Part shown: positions 37,404 through 50,996 of the stretch, in pieces
How positions within the stretch are numbered: the first letter of the stretch is position 1
Layout: each line of letters opens with the position of its first letter
Assembly: GCF_009914755.1 (NCBI RefSeq)
Contig: NC_060938.1
Source: the human T2T-CHM13v2.0 reference genome, Homo sapiens
Length of the DNA: 64,000 nt
Strand: one strand, 5' to 3'
Notes under the pieces: generated by a model
What the model saw: only the letters and a program-made list of their open reading frames with translations
Database searches by the model: none
What the model was told of the DNA's origin: nothing
Position numbers and translations under genes: made by a program

Positions 37404-40400
37404 TAATTTTATTTAATTTTATTTTTCCATAAGTTATTTGGGTACAGGTGGTATTTGGTTACATGAGTAAGTTCTTTAGTGGTGATTTGTGAGATTTTGG
37501 TGCAACCATCACCCAAGCAGTAAACACTGTACCATATTTGTAGTCTTTTATCCCTCCCCCACCCTCCCACTCTTCCCCGCAGTCCCTAAAGTCCATTGAA
37601 TCATTCTTATGCCTTTGCATCCCCATAGCTTAGCTCCCACATATCAGTGAGACCGTATGATGTTTGGTTTTCCATTCCTGCATTACTTCACTTAGAATAA
37701 CAGAATCCAATCTCATCCAGGTCACAGCAAATGCTGTAAATTCATTCCTTTTTATGGCTGAGTAGTATTCCACATTGTATATATAGCACAGTTTATTTAT
37801 CCACTCGTTGATTGATGGGCATTTGGGTTGGTTCCATGATTTAGCAATTGTGAATTGGGCTGCTATAAAAATGTACATGCAAGTATCTTTTTCGAATAAT
37901 ACTTCTTTTCCTCTGGGTAGATATCCAGTAATGGGATTGCTGGATCAAATGGTGGTTCTACTTTTAGTTCTTTAAGGAATCTCCACAGTGTTTTCCATCG
38001 TGGCTGTACTAGTTTACATTCCCATCAGCAGTGTAGAAATGTTCCCTGATTGCTGCATCCATGCCCACATCTACTGTTTTTTGATTTTTTGATTATGGCC
38101 ATTTGTTGCAGGAGTAAGGCGGTATTGCATTGTGGTTTTGATTTACATTTCCCTGATCATTAGTGATGTTGAGCATATTTTCATATGTTTGTTGGCCATT
38201 TGTATATCTTCTTTTGCAAATTGTCTACTCATGTCCTTAGACCACTTTTTGATGGAATTGTTTGTTTTTTTCTTACTGACTTGTTTGAGTTGGTTGTAGA
38301 TTCTGAATATTAGTATAGATTGTGAAGATTTTCTCCCACTCAGTGGGTTATCTGTTTACTCTGCTGACTGTTCCTTTTGACATGCAAAAGCTCTTTAGTT
38401 TAATTAGATCCCAGCTATTTATCTTTGTTTTTATTGCATTTGCTTTTGAGTTCTTTGTCATGAAATCTTTGCCTAAGCCAAGCTATAGAAGGGTTTTTCC
38501 AATGTTATTTTTTAGAATTCTTATAGTTTCAGATCTTAGATTTAAGTCCTTAATCCATCTAGAGTTGATTTTTGTATAAGGTGAGAGATGAGGATCCAGT
38601 TTCATTATCCTACATGTGGCTAGCCAATTATCCCAGCACCATTGGTTGAAAAGGATGTCCTTTCCCCACTTTATGTTTTTGTTTGCTATGTCAAAAATCA
38701 GCTGGCTGTAAGTATTTGGGTTTATTTCTGGGTTGTTTATCCTGTTCCATTGAGCTGTGTGCCTATTTTCATACCAGTACCACACTGTTTTGGTGACTAT
38801 GGCCTTATAGTATAGTTTGAAATCAGGTAATGTGATGCCTCCAGATATGTTTTGCTTTGTCTTGCTTTGGCTATGCAGGCTGTTTTTTGGTTCCATATGA
38901 ATTTTAGAATTTTTTTTTCTAATTCTGTGAAGAATGATGATGATGATGTTTTGATGGGGATTGCATTGAATTTGTAGATTTCTTTTGGCAGTATGGTCAT
39001 TTTCCCAATATTGATTCTGCCCATCCATGAGCATGGGATGTGTTTCCATTTGTTTGTGTCATCTATGATTTCTTTCAGCAGTGTTTTGTAGTTTTCCTTG
39101 TAGAGGTCTTTCAACTCCTTGGTTAGTTATATTCCTAGGTTTTTTTTTTTTTTTTTTTTTTTGCAGCTATTGAAAAAGGGATTGAGTTCTTGATTTGATT
39201 CTCAGCTTGGTCACTGTTGGTGTATAAAGAGCTACTGATTTGTGTACATTAATCTTGTATCTGGAAACTTTGCTGAATTCTTTTATTAGTTCTAGGAGAT
39301 TTCTGGAGGAGTCTTTAGGGGTTTCAAGGTAAATGATCAGCAAACAGTGACAGTTTGACTTCCTCTTTGCTGATTTGGGTGCCCTTTATTTCTTTCTCTT
39401 GTCTGATTGCTTTGGCTAGGACTTCAGTAATATGTTGAAGAAGAGTGGTGAGAGTGGGCATGCTTGTCTTGTTCCAGTTCTCGGAGGGAATGCTTTCAAC
39501 TATTCCTCATTCAGTATTATGTTGGCTGTGGTTTTGTCATAGATGGCTTTTATTACATTAAGCTATGTCCCTTGTATGCTGCTTTGCTGAGAGTTTTAAT
39601 CACAAAGGGATGCTGGATTTTGTCAAATGCTTTTTCTGCATCTGTTGAGATGATAATGTGATTTTTTGTTTTTAATTCTGTGTATGTGGTATATCACATT
39701 TATTGACTTACATATGTTAAACCATTCTGCATCCCTCATATGAAACCCACTTGATCATGGTGAATTATCTTTTTGATATGTCTTTGGATTTGGTTAGCTA
39801 GAATTTTGTTAAGGATTTTAGCGTCTATGCTCATCAAGGATATCGGTCTGTAGTTTTCTTTTTTGGTTATGTCCTTCCCTGGTTTTGGCATTAGTGTGAT
39901 GCTGGCTTCATAGAATTAATTAGGGAGGGTTCCTTCTTTCTCTATCTTGTGGCATAGTGTCAAAAGGATTCTTCTTTGAATGTCTGGTAGAATTCTGCTG
40001 TGAATCTGTCTGAGCCTGGACTTTTTTTTCTTGGTAATTTTTAAATTACCATTTCAATCTCGCTGCTTGTTATTGGTCTGCTCAAGGTATCTAATTCTTC
40101 CTGGTTTAAGCTAGGAGGGTTGTGTTTTTCCAGGAATTTATCCATCTCTTCTAAGTTGTCTAGTTTATGTGTGTAAAGGTGTTCATAGTAGCCTTGAATG
40201 ATCTTTTGTATTTCAGTGATGTCAGTTGTAATAGCTCCTGTTTCATTTCTCATTGAAGTTATTTGGATTTTCTCTCTTCTTTTCTTGGTTAATCTCACTA
40301 ATGGTATATGAATTTCATTTATATTTTCAAAGAACCAGCTTTCTGTTTTGCTTATCTTTTGTATTTTTTCGGTGCTTCAATTTCCTTTAGTTCTGCTCTG

Positions 40401-42998
40401 ATCTTGGTTATTTCCTTTCTTCTGCTGGGTTTGGATTTAGTTTGTTCTTGTTTCTCTAGTTCCTTGATGTGTGACCTTAGAATGTCAGTTTTTGCTCTTT
40501 CGATTTTTTTGTTGTGGGTGTTTAGGGCACTTTCCCCTTAGCACTGCCTTTGCTGTATCCCAGAGGTTTTGGTTGGTTGTGTCATTAATGTCATTCAGTT
40601 CAAAGAATTTTTTAATTTCCATCTTGATTTTGTTTTTGACCCAGTGCTCCTTCAGGAGCCAGTTATTTAATTTCCATGTATTTGCATGGTTTTGAAGGTT
40701 CCTTTTGGAGTTGATTTCCAGTTTTATTCCACTGTGGTCTGAGAGAGTGCTTGATATAATTTCAATTTTTAAAAATTTATTGAGGTTCATTTTGTGGCCT
40801 ATCATATGGCCTATCTTGGAGAAAGTTCCATGTGCTGTTGAATGGAATGTGTATTTTGCAGTTGTTGGATGAAATGTTCTATAAATATCTGTTAAGTCCA
40901 TTTTTTCCAAGGTATAGTTTAAATCCATTGTTTCTTTGTTGACTTTCTGTCTTGATGACCTATCTAGTGCTGTCAGTGGAATATTGAAGTCCCCCACTGT
41001 TATTGTGTTGGTGTCTGTCTCATTTCTTAGGTGTATTAATAATTGTTTTATAAATTTGGGAGCTCCAGTGTTAGGTTCATATATGTTTAGGATTGTGATA
41101 TCTTCCTGTTGGACAAAGCCTTTTACCACTATGTAATGCCCCTCTTTGTCTCTTTTAACTGCCATTGCTTTAAAGTTTGTTTTGTCTGATATATGAATAG
41201 CTACCCTTGCTCACTTTGGTCATCCATTTGCATGAAATACCTTTTTCCACCCCTTTACTTTAAGTTTATGTGAGTCTTTATGTGTTAGGTAAGTCTCCAG
41301 AAGGCAGCAGATAGTTGGTTGGTGAGTTCTCCGTTCTGTGGTTCTGTATCTTTTAAGTGGAGCATTAAGGCCTTCAAATTACATTCAATGTTAAGTATTG
41401 AAATGTGAGATTCATTGTGCTCTTTGTTGCCTGTGTACTTTGGTTTTTTTTGTTTTTTGTTTTTGCTTTTTAGCTTGCACTTTTGTTTTATAGGTCCTGT
41501 GTGATTTATGCTTTAAAGAGGTTCTGTTTTGATGTGTTTCCAGGATTTAAGATTTAGAGCTCCTTTTATCAGTTCTTGTAGTGGTGGCTTGGTAATGGCG
41601 ATTCTCTCAGCATTTGTTTGTCTGAAAGAGACTGTATCTTCCCTTCATATATGATGCTTAGTTTCACTGGATACAAAATTCTTGACTGATAATTATTTTC
41701 TTTGAGGAGGCTGAAGATAGGGCCCCAATCCTTTCTAGCTTATAGGGTTTCTGCTAAGAAATCTGCTGTTCATTTGATAGGTTTTCTTTTATAAGTTACC
41801 TGGTGCTTCTGTCTCACAGCTCTTAAGTTTCTTTCCTTCATCTTAACTTTGGATAACCTGATGACAATGTGCCTAGGTGATGATCTTTTTGCAATGAATT
41901 TCCTAGGTGTTTTTTGTGCTTCTTGTATTTTGGTGTCTAGGTCTCTAGCAAGGCTGGAGAAATTGTCCTTGATTATTCCCCAAATATGTTTTCCAAGCTT
42001 TTAGAATTCTCTTCTTCCTCAGGAACACCGATTAGTGTTAGGTTTGGTCGTTTAACATAATCCCAGACTTCTTGGAGGCTTTGTTCCTATTTTCTTATTC
42101 TTTTTTCTTTGTCTTTGTTTGATTGAGTTTATTCAAAGACCTTGTCTTCAAACTCTCCATTTCTTTCTTCTACTTGTTCAATTCTATTGCTGAGACTTTC
42201 CAGAGAATTTCACATTTCTAAAAGTGTGTCCAAAGTTTCCTGAATTTTTTATTGTTTTTTTCTTTACACTACCTATTTCCTTAAATATTTCTCCATTGAC
42301 TTCTTGCATCATTTTTTTGGATTTCCTTGCATTGGGCTTTGCCTTTCTCTGGTGCCTCCCTGATTAGCTTAATAACTAACCTCCTGAATTCTTTTTCAGG
42401 TAAATTAGGCATTTCTTCTTGGGTTGGGTCCATTGCTGGTGAACTACTGTGATTTTGCGGCGGCGGGCGGGGGGGTGGGGTGGTGTTAAAAAGCCTTGTT
42501 TTGTCATATTTCCCTGGTTGCTTTTCTAGTTCCTTCTCATTTGGGTAGGCTCTGTCAGAGGGAAGGTCTAGGGCTGAAGGCTGTTGTTCAGTTCCTTTTG
42601 TCCCATGAGTGCTCCCATGATGTAGTACTCTTCCCCTTTTCCTATGGATGTGGCTTCCTGTGAATCTAACTGCTGTGATTGTGGTTTCTCTTCTGGGTCT
42701 AGACACCCAGCAAGTCTGCCCATCTCCAGGCTGGTACTGGGGGTTGTCTGCACAGAGTCGTGTGATGTGAACCACCTATGGGTCTCTCAGCTGTGGATAC
42801 CAGTGCAGTATTTGGGGTATCTCCCAGGTCCTGCAGGAGCCACCCACTTCCTTCAGAGGGTCTGTGGGTCCTCTCAGGATTGGTGGTTTGTTCTTGCAGT
42901 CAGTGTGGAGCTTAAATTCACCATGTGAGCTTCCACCTGCTGCTCTGTCTGGAGCTGTAACGTAGTCCTGCCTCCTGTCTGCCATGATCTCCCCATCG
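37404..42998 (-). mobile_element. L1PB1-like LINE-1, near full length (~5.6 kb), with TSD
   Basis: L1PB1 3' signature ccataagttatt.gggtacaggtggtatttggttacatgagtaagttctttagtggtgat; ORF2 and ORF1 peptides in track; TSD atccttataca (37393-37403)/atccttatcca (42999-43009). Confidence 0.95.
40485..41165 (-). pseudogene. L1 ORF2p endonuclease-domain fragment (226 aa open, defective)
   Basis: [47 protein letters not shown] motifs of the L1 APE-like endonuclease; flanked by frameshifts/stops. Confidence 0.9.
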
Positions 42999-43242
42999 AT
43001 CCTTATCCAATTGCTTTTGACAGTTGCAAAATATTGTGGCTCACCGAATTGAGCCTAAAATTTAAAATTATTTTCTAACTTTGCTTTTCAGAGGCTTAGG
43101 GTCCTCTGCGATTATAAGATTCCTCAACAACGCTCTACCACAGATAGAAGTGGAGATGTAGAGAGGTAGGGAATAGGGGTGAAAGGGAAATTAGCCTGAC
43201 TTCTATTCAGGGACATCTATGGTGCTGTGGCTGAGTTCTTAA

Positions 43243-43390
43243 GCAGTGTAGTTTAGCGCAGTACAGGAAACACTGAGACTTGAATCATGAACTTGAGCTG
43301 AATTCCGCATTCGTCAATTACTACCTACTTGCTTTGAGTTCCAGTTTCCTCATCTGAGCAATCTGGGTCGTGCACTAGATCGTATAATGC
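43243..43390 (+). mobile_element. MIR/MIR3 fragment
   Basis: gcagtgtagtttag..gacttgaatca..ccagtttcctcatctg..gcactagat. Confidence 0.7.
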
Positions 43391-43429
43391 AATCTGTTGA
43401 ATAAAATCCCTAAAGGAAGGTTGTACTTA

Positions 43430-43770
43430 CCAATGCCATTGATATCAGGCTTGGCCTTGGGACTTTACTGTGCCCCCTCTTATGGAAGCCAAATACATCT
43501 CACTCTGATTGAGCTGATGTATAACGTGACTTTGCCAATAAAATATGGGTAGAATTGAGGAGTGCTGATATGGTGGTTCACCATATTTCTGCCTTTTCTT
43601 TGCCCAAAATCTGCAGTATGCCAAATACAGGCTGCACAGCCACCACTAGCTTGCAATGCAAACACAGAGGGAGCTAGAGATCAATGTTGGTTGTGCAAAG
43701 CCACTGGGATTTGAGGGTTATTTGTCACTACAGAATAACTGTCTATCCTGCCTGATAAGGATACTAACAC
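43430..43770 (+). mobile_element. MaLR LTR relic (MLT1J/K-like)
   Basis: ggcttggcc..gtgactttgccaataaaat..aagccactgggatttgagggttatttgtcactacagaataac..tatcctg. Confidence 0.75.
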
Positions 43771-44659
43771 ATGCACTGTTATCCTTGTATAGTTGTAATG
43801 AGAAATCAAATACAGACACAAAATTGGAAGCTCTTCAATGAATGTAAAACACTTACCTTCTCCGTAGCTTATTTCTTGAATATTCATTTTATATCAACCA
43901 GAATGTCAGTACCTCAAAAAAAAAAAACCCTTCAAATTATACAACATTTGGAAGGCTCAGAACTTATGCCCTGAACAATGCCTTGTTTGCCAAGAGTTTG
44001 AAAGTTAGAATTGTGTTAAGGGTGTGAGTTTCACAAATATAAGCTCTGTAAAATTAGGAAAACACTTAATTTCTCCGAGCCTCAGTAAAATTGTTGTGCT
44101 GCTCTGCTTTGAGCCTCAAGGGTTATAACTATGTAAAAATATTTGTTAACTCCTTAGAACCCTATCAGTGTTATTTTTCATGTTAAAAATTCTCAAGAAA
44201 AAGTAGCTAGAAAGATGAAACACTTAAAAATTGAGGAGTGAAGAGTAAGCTTTTTTTTTTTTTAAAAAAAGGGAAATGATGTATACTGAGGCTTACAAAT
44301 AAATATATGGCACTGTAAGTTTTAAATAAGACAAAAGTTAAAATGTATGAAATGTTAGATTATTTTTAATTCTAAAAGGCTAATCTTACATAGAAGAAGA
44401 GAGTTCCTAATCCTACCCACGTAAACATCGCTCTTTTACATCCCTTTGAGGTACTTCTGACATTTGAACAAATACCTTCCCAAAAAATATGGTTAAAAAG
44501 GCACCAGAACATCATAGCCAGACGTACTTCACACTTCTGGGATAAAAAGGAAAAAAAAAAAAAAAGAATATGATGTTTGTCATTTTCATGTCATGTGGCG
44601 AGAACAGTATGTGAACTTGGGACTGGTGTTTCAAACTGAGCTTACCTCTAGGGCTGGAG

Positions 44660-45510
44660 TGGCACCAGTTTTCAGTGCTAGCCATTGTTCTATATGCTGT
44701 GGAAACCACAGTGAACAAAAATTCCCCACTGTTACAGAGTTTACTCTACTGTGGGATTGGAGATGGGGAGTTGAAAATAAACAAAAATGTATATGACCTA
44801 AGGTAAATGCAGGGTTCAGATAATGGAAGGTTAGAGGAGTTATTGAGGAGTGAGTCTTCTCTGAGAAGGCGATATATTTGATCAGAGATGAGGCAGTGAA
44901 GGGCACAGAAAATTGCCCTGTAGATACGTGGGGAAAACTATTTGCTACACAGAGAATAGTAAATAAAAAACAAGATAATACTTTGTGTGTGAGGAGCAGC
45001 AAAGAGGCCAGAGTGAATAAGGGAAAAGAAAGGGTTGGAATCTGATTTCAAAGAGGTAGCAGGAGATGAAGTACCTGAGTGTCTTGCATTTGATTACATG
45101 ACTTTCAGATTTTAATCTGAGAACTGGGTAGCTATACCAGGATTTTGAGCAGAGAAATGACAAGATCTAATTCAGCTTTTAAAGAGAGCACTTCGGCTGC
45201 TTTGTTTAGAATAGACTCCTGGGGGCAGGGGAGGAAGCAGAGACTTGAATAAAGTGGGTTGTGCAATAGTTCAGGTGAGAAATTGTGAGGCTCAGTGAGG
45301 AGTGGTTGTGGCAGAGGTTGTGGGGAGAGTTTGCATACATGCTGAAGGTGAGGCACAGATAAGCTAATGAGTTAGATATGGAGCTTATGAGAACAAGATA
45401 GTGATGTCTCCAAGTTTTAGGCCTGAGTAGGTAAAAAGTACAGTGCTGTCATTTACTGAGCTGGGGAAGCCTGCAGATGAGCAGGTTGGGGGGATATCTA
45501 TCATGAATGT
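44660..45510 (-). mobile_element. L2 (L2a-like) fragment
   Basis: cattgttcta..cagtgaacaaaa..tctctgagaagg..gattttgagcagagaaatgac..agttttaggcctgag..gtcatttactgagctggggaa..gagcaggttgg. Confidence 0.9.
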
Positions 45511-46344
45511 CTAGGATTTGGAATTTTAAAGATGTCCCTCAGCCCACACACGATACCTAGTGAGAAGACTGAAAGACTCTCACGCCATGTATTGTCTTTT
45601 ACTCCTAATTACTGAGTCCTCTTGCATTTCTGAGTGACTGTTTTATATGTGACCTTTACAAGATGGAAGACCCAATGTATCCCTTCATCTAACAAATGAT
45701 TGCTGTTCACTGTGCCATGTTAAAGTCATAAATTTCTACTTACAATTAAGCATGTATTTTGTTTCTCCAACCAGACATTAAGTACCTCAGCATATCAAAT
45801 CAAGTCTTGTAACTCTAATTATATATAGAATATTGCCAACCATCTAGTTATGGTCAGTACATCCTTGTGCCTGTTTGATTTAAATTTGCTTATCTCTGGA
45901 AAGAATTATATATATATTTAAGTTACAGAAATACAATATGACAGAGCATCCTTCTGGTGAAGAATGAAGGCAAATTGAAGTGATGTGGTTCAGGATAATT
46001 TTGGTGGATGCGTATTTTAAGCTACGAAGCTTTCTTCCCTTTATGCTTCATTTCTGTCTGCTTTCCCACAAGATCCAGTTTGAGGTTCGTCTTTGCTGCT
46101 GAGTTCATAGTTACGATGATAATGATAATGATTATTATCATAATAACAGTACAATATAGCAGGACCAAAAAGGGTGTTATAGCACTATAGCAGAATCTGT
46201 ATCCCAGCAGTGCCTACAAAGTTTGAATTTGGGGAAGAAGGACCTTTTATTTAGGGAATAGACATTTTGATTATGAAAGGGTGAGCGCTCCAGGCATGCT
46301 TCATGCCAGGCCCTTGGCAATTGTTTTCCTAAGTGCTTAGAACA

Positions 46345-46640
46345 CCAATTCCCCAGATGTAGGCACTGCTTTCAGGTCACTGTACAAGCGACACCTACCC
46401 AGAAGACCTTTCTTGATCATCTTATATAAAATCATATCCAATCCTGTTCCCCTAGTATCCTATGTCCCTGCATGTTTATTCTTAGTAGTAGTTATAAACA
46501 TCTGAGTTGTTATAAATTAGTATTTATCTGTTTACCTTTCTACAATATTTACTCCTTGGCATAGTCTTATATACTGGTATATGCTTAGCCACCAGAAAAG
46601 TGCTGATATGAACTGTGTATTTGCCGAATGAAGAGCTAAA
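46345..46640 (+). mobile_element. L2 3' fragment
   Basis: ttcaggtcactgtacaag..cagaagacctttcttgatca..tatttgccgaatgaa. Confidence 0.65.
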
Positions 46641-47125
46641 TGACAAGCAAGTGTCAGGATGGGAAAAGTTGGACAAAAAAGCTGTAAACTACTTTGAAAA
46701 GAAATTAAATAGGGGATAAGCAGGGTCTCTGGAAGTTACTTGAAAGTAAGTAATCACTTGCTTTCTTAGGGGTAGCCTGTAGACTTGGTTTCAACTGTCT
46801 TTGGGACTGGAAGGAGTAAGGGTTTCCTTCCTTATAGCACTAGATTTTAAACGACAGGTAAGAAATTATACATTCAGGATATATTTGTTTCAGTTTCTTA
46901 CAACGCCTGCCACCAAGGTCAGTAGAAGTTTCAGTGGCTTTCTGGTAGGCAAGATGTTCTTGAACCTGAAGTCTCCACACACCCCCCAGTGTATTTCCTT
47001 TGTGGTATCATTGTTTCCTACACAAGCACTGGCAGACATCCCTCCATGCTTCCCACAAGACAGAGCCTTGCTCTCTGCTTGCTACCTTCCTAGTTGGTCA
47101 GGGTTGCAGTCTCCTTTTTCATTTC

Positions 47126-47255
47126 ATTAAAGTCTCCTCTATTATCACTGCAGTGACTCCAACATTAGCTTCTTGTTCTTAATTTTAAGAAAAATGTTAA
47201 CTGTCACTTAATACCAAGGCCACTTTACCCAAATGAAAAAAAATTAATAATTTCA
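47126..47255 (+). repeat. 130-bp dispersed direct duplicate of 50864-50996
   Basis: attaaagtctcctctattatcactgcagtgactc..ttaataatttca in both; 4 substitutions plus a 3-nt A-run difference. Confidence 0.97.
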
Positions 47256-47851
47256 ATAATTTCAATTTCAAAAAGGGATCTTCCTACTTTCTATGAATTC
47301 TTGATGAACATCAGTATTCTGTTCTATGATTTTTGCACATTCTGTTTTCATAAATCCTGGTCAGTTTCTCTTCTCCAGTTAAGTTGTTTCAGGCTAAGTA
47401 CCCCTTAACAATAGTGGGCCCAAGCAACAGGGAGCTGGGCTAGGAAATCAGGAACCCTGTGAATGGAAACAGCTATAGACAGCTGTTGTTTTTCATGTAA
47501 TTCCCTAGAGTAAACTGTTGTTTACAATAATATTTGCTAACAACTACAGATTGATTTAAAAGTAAATGAAAGGAGAGGCTGTGGCCCCATGTTTTCAATC
47601 AAATTAGATTACTGAGCGTTGTAGCTGCATGAAGAACAGCAGCAAGTCCAACAGGAGCAATTTTAGATGCATAGAAAATTAGATGGCAGAGAAGGGGGTC
47701 AAGAGGAAATCCTGGCAAGTGGTACACACTGGCTAAGGGTCGTCGGTGGTATTTGAAGGAGGCCATTGGGCTCCTGTTCCATAAGGAATTACGGTACTGA
47801 GTTATGGGGAATAACCCCAGATGGTGAGAAAACTAAGGAACATTCAGGTAC

Positions 47852-47985
47852 CAATAACAACAATTAGTCATGACTCCATTTATTAGCTTGTGCCAGGCAC
47901 TGTACAAATATATGTCATGAATTCTTTCCTTGAATCTTCACAGAAACACCAGGAAATAAATACTCTACTTCCATCTCCATTTAAC
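47852..47985 (-). mobile_element. MIR fragment
   Basis: catttattagcttgtgccaggcactgtac..tgaatcttcacagaaacacc..atctccattt. Confidence 0.75.
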
Positions 47986-49049
47986 TGGCACAGGCTTAGT
48001 AGAAATCTGAAGGTTGCCATTTATTTGTGTTTGGTTGGCATTTCTTTGAGCTGTCCCAGGATGGATATGATCTTCAGGAGTGAGGAAACTCATGCTTATC
48101 GATTTGCTAAAGGGCTGCAACAAAGTCACCGTCCCAGTGAGAAAACATTATTGTCTTGGCACAGGACAAAAGCTAATGTATTCCTGTTTGGCCACAGAGA
48201 GCTCAACTGTGCATCTTATTTTTCCATATATGCAAATAATTCCACTGAAGTCAAAGTTGGAAGCAGATTGGTTTGCAGTTTCCCATGTATTTTAACAATT
48301 AAGGGCATGTAAAGGGTCTGGCCAAAAAAAATGTTTTTACTATTTATATGTAACCTTGAATGTTCACAACGGATATTGTACACAATCCAAAAAAGCATTT
48401 AAAACAATGAATATTCAACTACATTAGCTTTACTTGACAGAAAACCAATACAAATGGAATAGAACTGAGGCCGTCAGGCCTAGAATTTGATCTCTGCTCA
48501 CATTTATCTACATGATTTGGCCTATTTTCTTTGCCTTCTCCTCAGTCATTCCTCTACTTTTATTACTCCATTTTAAGATGTTTTTGTACACTTAGTATTG
48601 ATCATTCTCCACTGATATTACACTCTTCATTTATTTGTCCTTCACTTAAACATAGACCTCTGAATGACTTGAGGCCATGTTGGTAATTAAGAACCCTAAG
48701 AATAAAATTCTTCTTTAATCATTAGACTGTGTTCTATTCAATCATGAGAAAAGTAGCCATTGTTTTTCCTTTTTATTTATTACATATTGCTTCTTCTAGT
48801 TCAGAGCCAAGTATGCATTTTGAGGGTCTATGAAATCAGCTGGATAAGTGAAGAAAAGGTCAATGAATACTGGAGCTGGCACACTAGCTTTGGAAAAATG
48901 CATGTCTTAGCTATGCTCTCTCATCTCCAAACCTCAAACTTGTCCTCGAAGGAATTCATATCTTGGGTAGTGCTTAAGGGAGAGTGGATTAAACTACTTC
49001 TAACATTTATTTTAACATTAATTTTCTAGATTCTGAGGTTGTGCTATAC

Positions 49050-49480
49050 ATACTGATTATTTAAGGTAACACTAAATGCTATATAGATAAACGAAATATA
49101 AGCTAATTTTCACTCACACAAATGTTCAGTATGGGTGTTCAGCAATTGAACTGTCACATGGTGATTGAAGATCCTAGGTTTATTTTGTCATGTGTTTCTA
49201 TCATCCTTTATGTTATTTGACTACTCTAGGTTTAGGTGGAAGGTAGAGTAGAGGTGTGGATATGGCTTGCATTATTTGCACTCAAAATCTGTCATCAAGA
49301 ATCAGTCACCAGATACACTGAGATTCAAGTATTCCTGGGAAATACAGTCCCTTGCTAGGTAGCTGCTTCCTATAATTGAGTTACACCTAAGTGTTAGAGA
49401 GCTGAACTTTATACCATCTCTTTGAATTGCTCTATAGAAGAGGAACATAAATCTTTAAACAGTTTGTTTCCTGCACTACA
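49050..49480 (-). mobile_element. MaLR LTR relic (MLT1I/J-like)
   Basis: ttttcactcacaca..caagaatcagtcac..ctgggaaatacagtcc..gcactaca. Confidence 0.6.
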
Positions 49481-50863
49481 TATAAATGATAATTTGGGGG
49501 TATAAAATATCAAAATTGATTTTTTATATTTATTTTATTTTTATTGACCTAGACAGTATAGATAATCTCTTTGACCTAAAGATCGATAAAAAAATAAACC
49601 CTACTCAATTTTTAATGACATAAATTCATACTATACTAGGTATTTTTTTTTTAGAAAAAAGAAAAAAGATGAATTAACCACAGTGATATCCGTAAGATGA
49701 AGAAATAAATTTAAACTAGGGAATCATTCTCAAAGTCTGGCATTGATTTTCAGGAAAACTTAGGTCTGACTATTTATAGACTTTGACACTTCTTTTAAAA
49801 AATTATAATAAAAAACTTAATTTTTTATTCAAATATTGAAAGATAAGAAATGATTTAGAGAAACATTGCACTAAAAATTGAATATATATAAAATTTTCTA
49901 TGTCCATACATCCTAAGATGATCAATGTGGACACATCTCGTAGGTTGATTAGAAACACATTAGAGTGGAACATTCTGGATTGGCTTTAGCAAAATAAACA
50001 GGAAGAAAAGATCCACCAGCATTTGAACAGTCAATTGTAAAGACCTTAAGATTAGCTCATTCCACGATTCATAAATAGAACCTACTGTTCTTAGTGCGGG
50101 CCATCACTTATAGCAATGGAAGAACATTTCTATTTTATGTTTGTTTTCTGAACTGTGGTTGCTTTCAGTGATTCTACTGAGGCATCTCTAAAAATATAGA
50201 AGGAGGACAATAAGACTGCTCTTTGAAAGTTGAGCTTTTAGATCACAAACAATGTTGACCTATAAAAAGCAATTTAAAGAGATGGTGTATATAGTTCCAC
50301 CCTTTAAGATTTAGGTGTAACTCAATTAAATGTGTTAATATATCTAAAGAAAGAATACGCTTATCAGAAACGGAAATGGACAGCCGTGAAAACATAGAAA
50401 AGGGAATGAGAGAGGCAATGTGTAGAGGTTCCAGCAAAGCACTGGTATGGGAGAAGGCACTGTATTCAGTGATTCCAGTGGGTGCCATCCTGCCCAGAGC
50501 CGACTCACTTCAAGTCCTTTTAGCCTGGCTAACTGATGACTTGGGATCTGACCTTACACTCAACAAAAAGGGACCTAAGTAAGATTGTGATTCCTGAGTG
50601 ATTGATGAGGACAGATACACAGATCATGCTGACAGGTGTATTCCAGCTTTGAGATTGTCATGTTTCTCATAAAATAGTAATTTTTTCTGACTTATAAATC
50701 AGTCTTGGTTAATGAATGCATTCTTGCTGTTCAGAGAAAATAAAATTTAGAGGCTATAAGTTTAAAGGCTAGATTCTGGCCTACGATAAATGTACCAAGT
50801 TAATGAATGACAAATTCCCATGTAGGCTCTTTGAAAAATAGTTTACTTGCTTTTCTCAAGTAG

Positions 50864-50996
50864 ATTAAAGTCTCCTCTATTATCACTGCAGTGACTCAAA
50901 CATTAGTTTCTTGTTCTTAATTTTAAGAAAAATCTTAACTGTCACCTAATACCAAGGCCACTTTACCCAAATGAAAAAAAAAAATTAATAATTTCA
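50864..50996 (+). repeat. Second copy of the 47126-47255 duplication (probable donor)
   Basis: Same alignment as 47126-47255. Confidence 0.97.

Noticed and set aside
37630-42985. Multiple L1 ORF1/ORF2-like ORFs as an active LINE
   Set aside because: Fragmented by stops and frameshifts; old subfamily; endonuclease catalytic Asp lost.
43850-44060. Minus-strand donor AAG|gtaagt at ~43857 with possible acceptors at ~43913 or ~44046
   Set aside because: Acceptor ambiguous and exon body low-complexity; such motifs occur by chance in 64 kb.
47890-48312. 140-aa plus-strand ORF
   Set aside because: Starts at a GTG inside a MIR; no recognisable domain or convincing splice boundaries.
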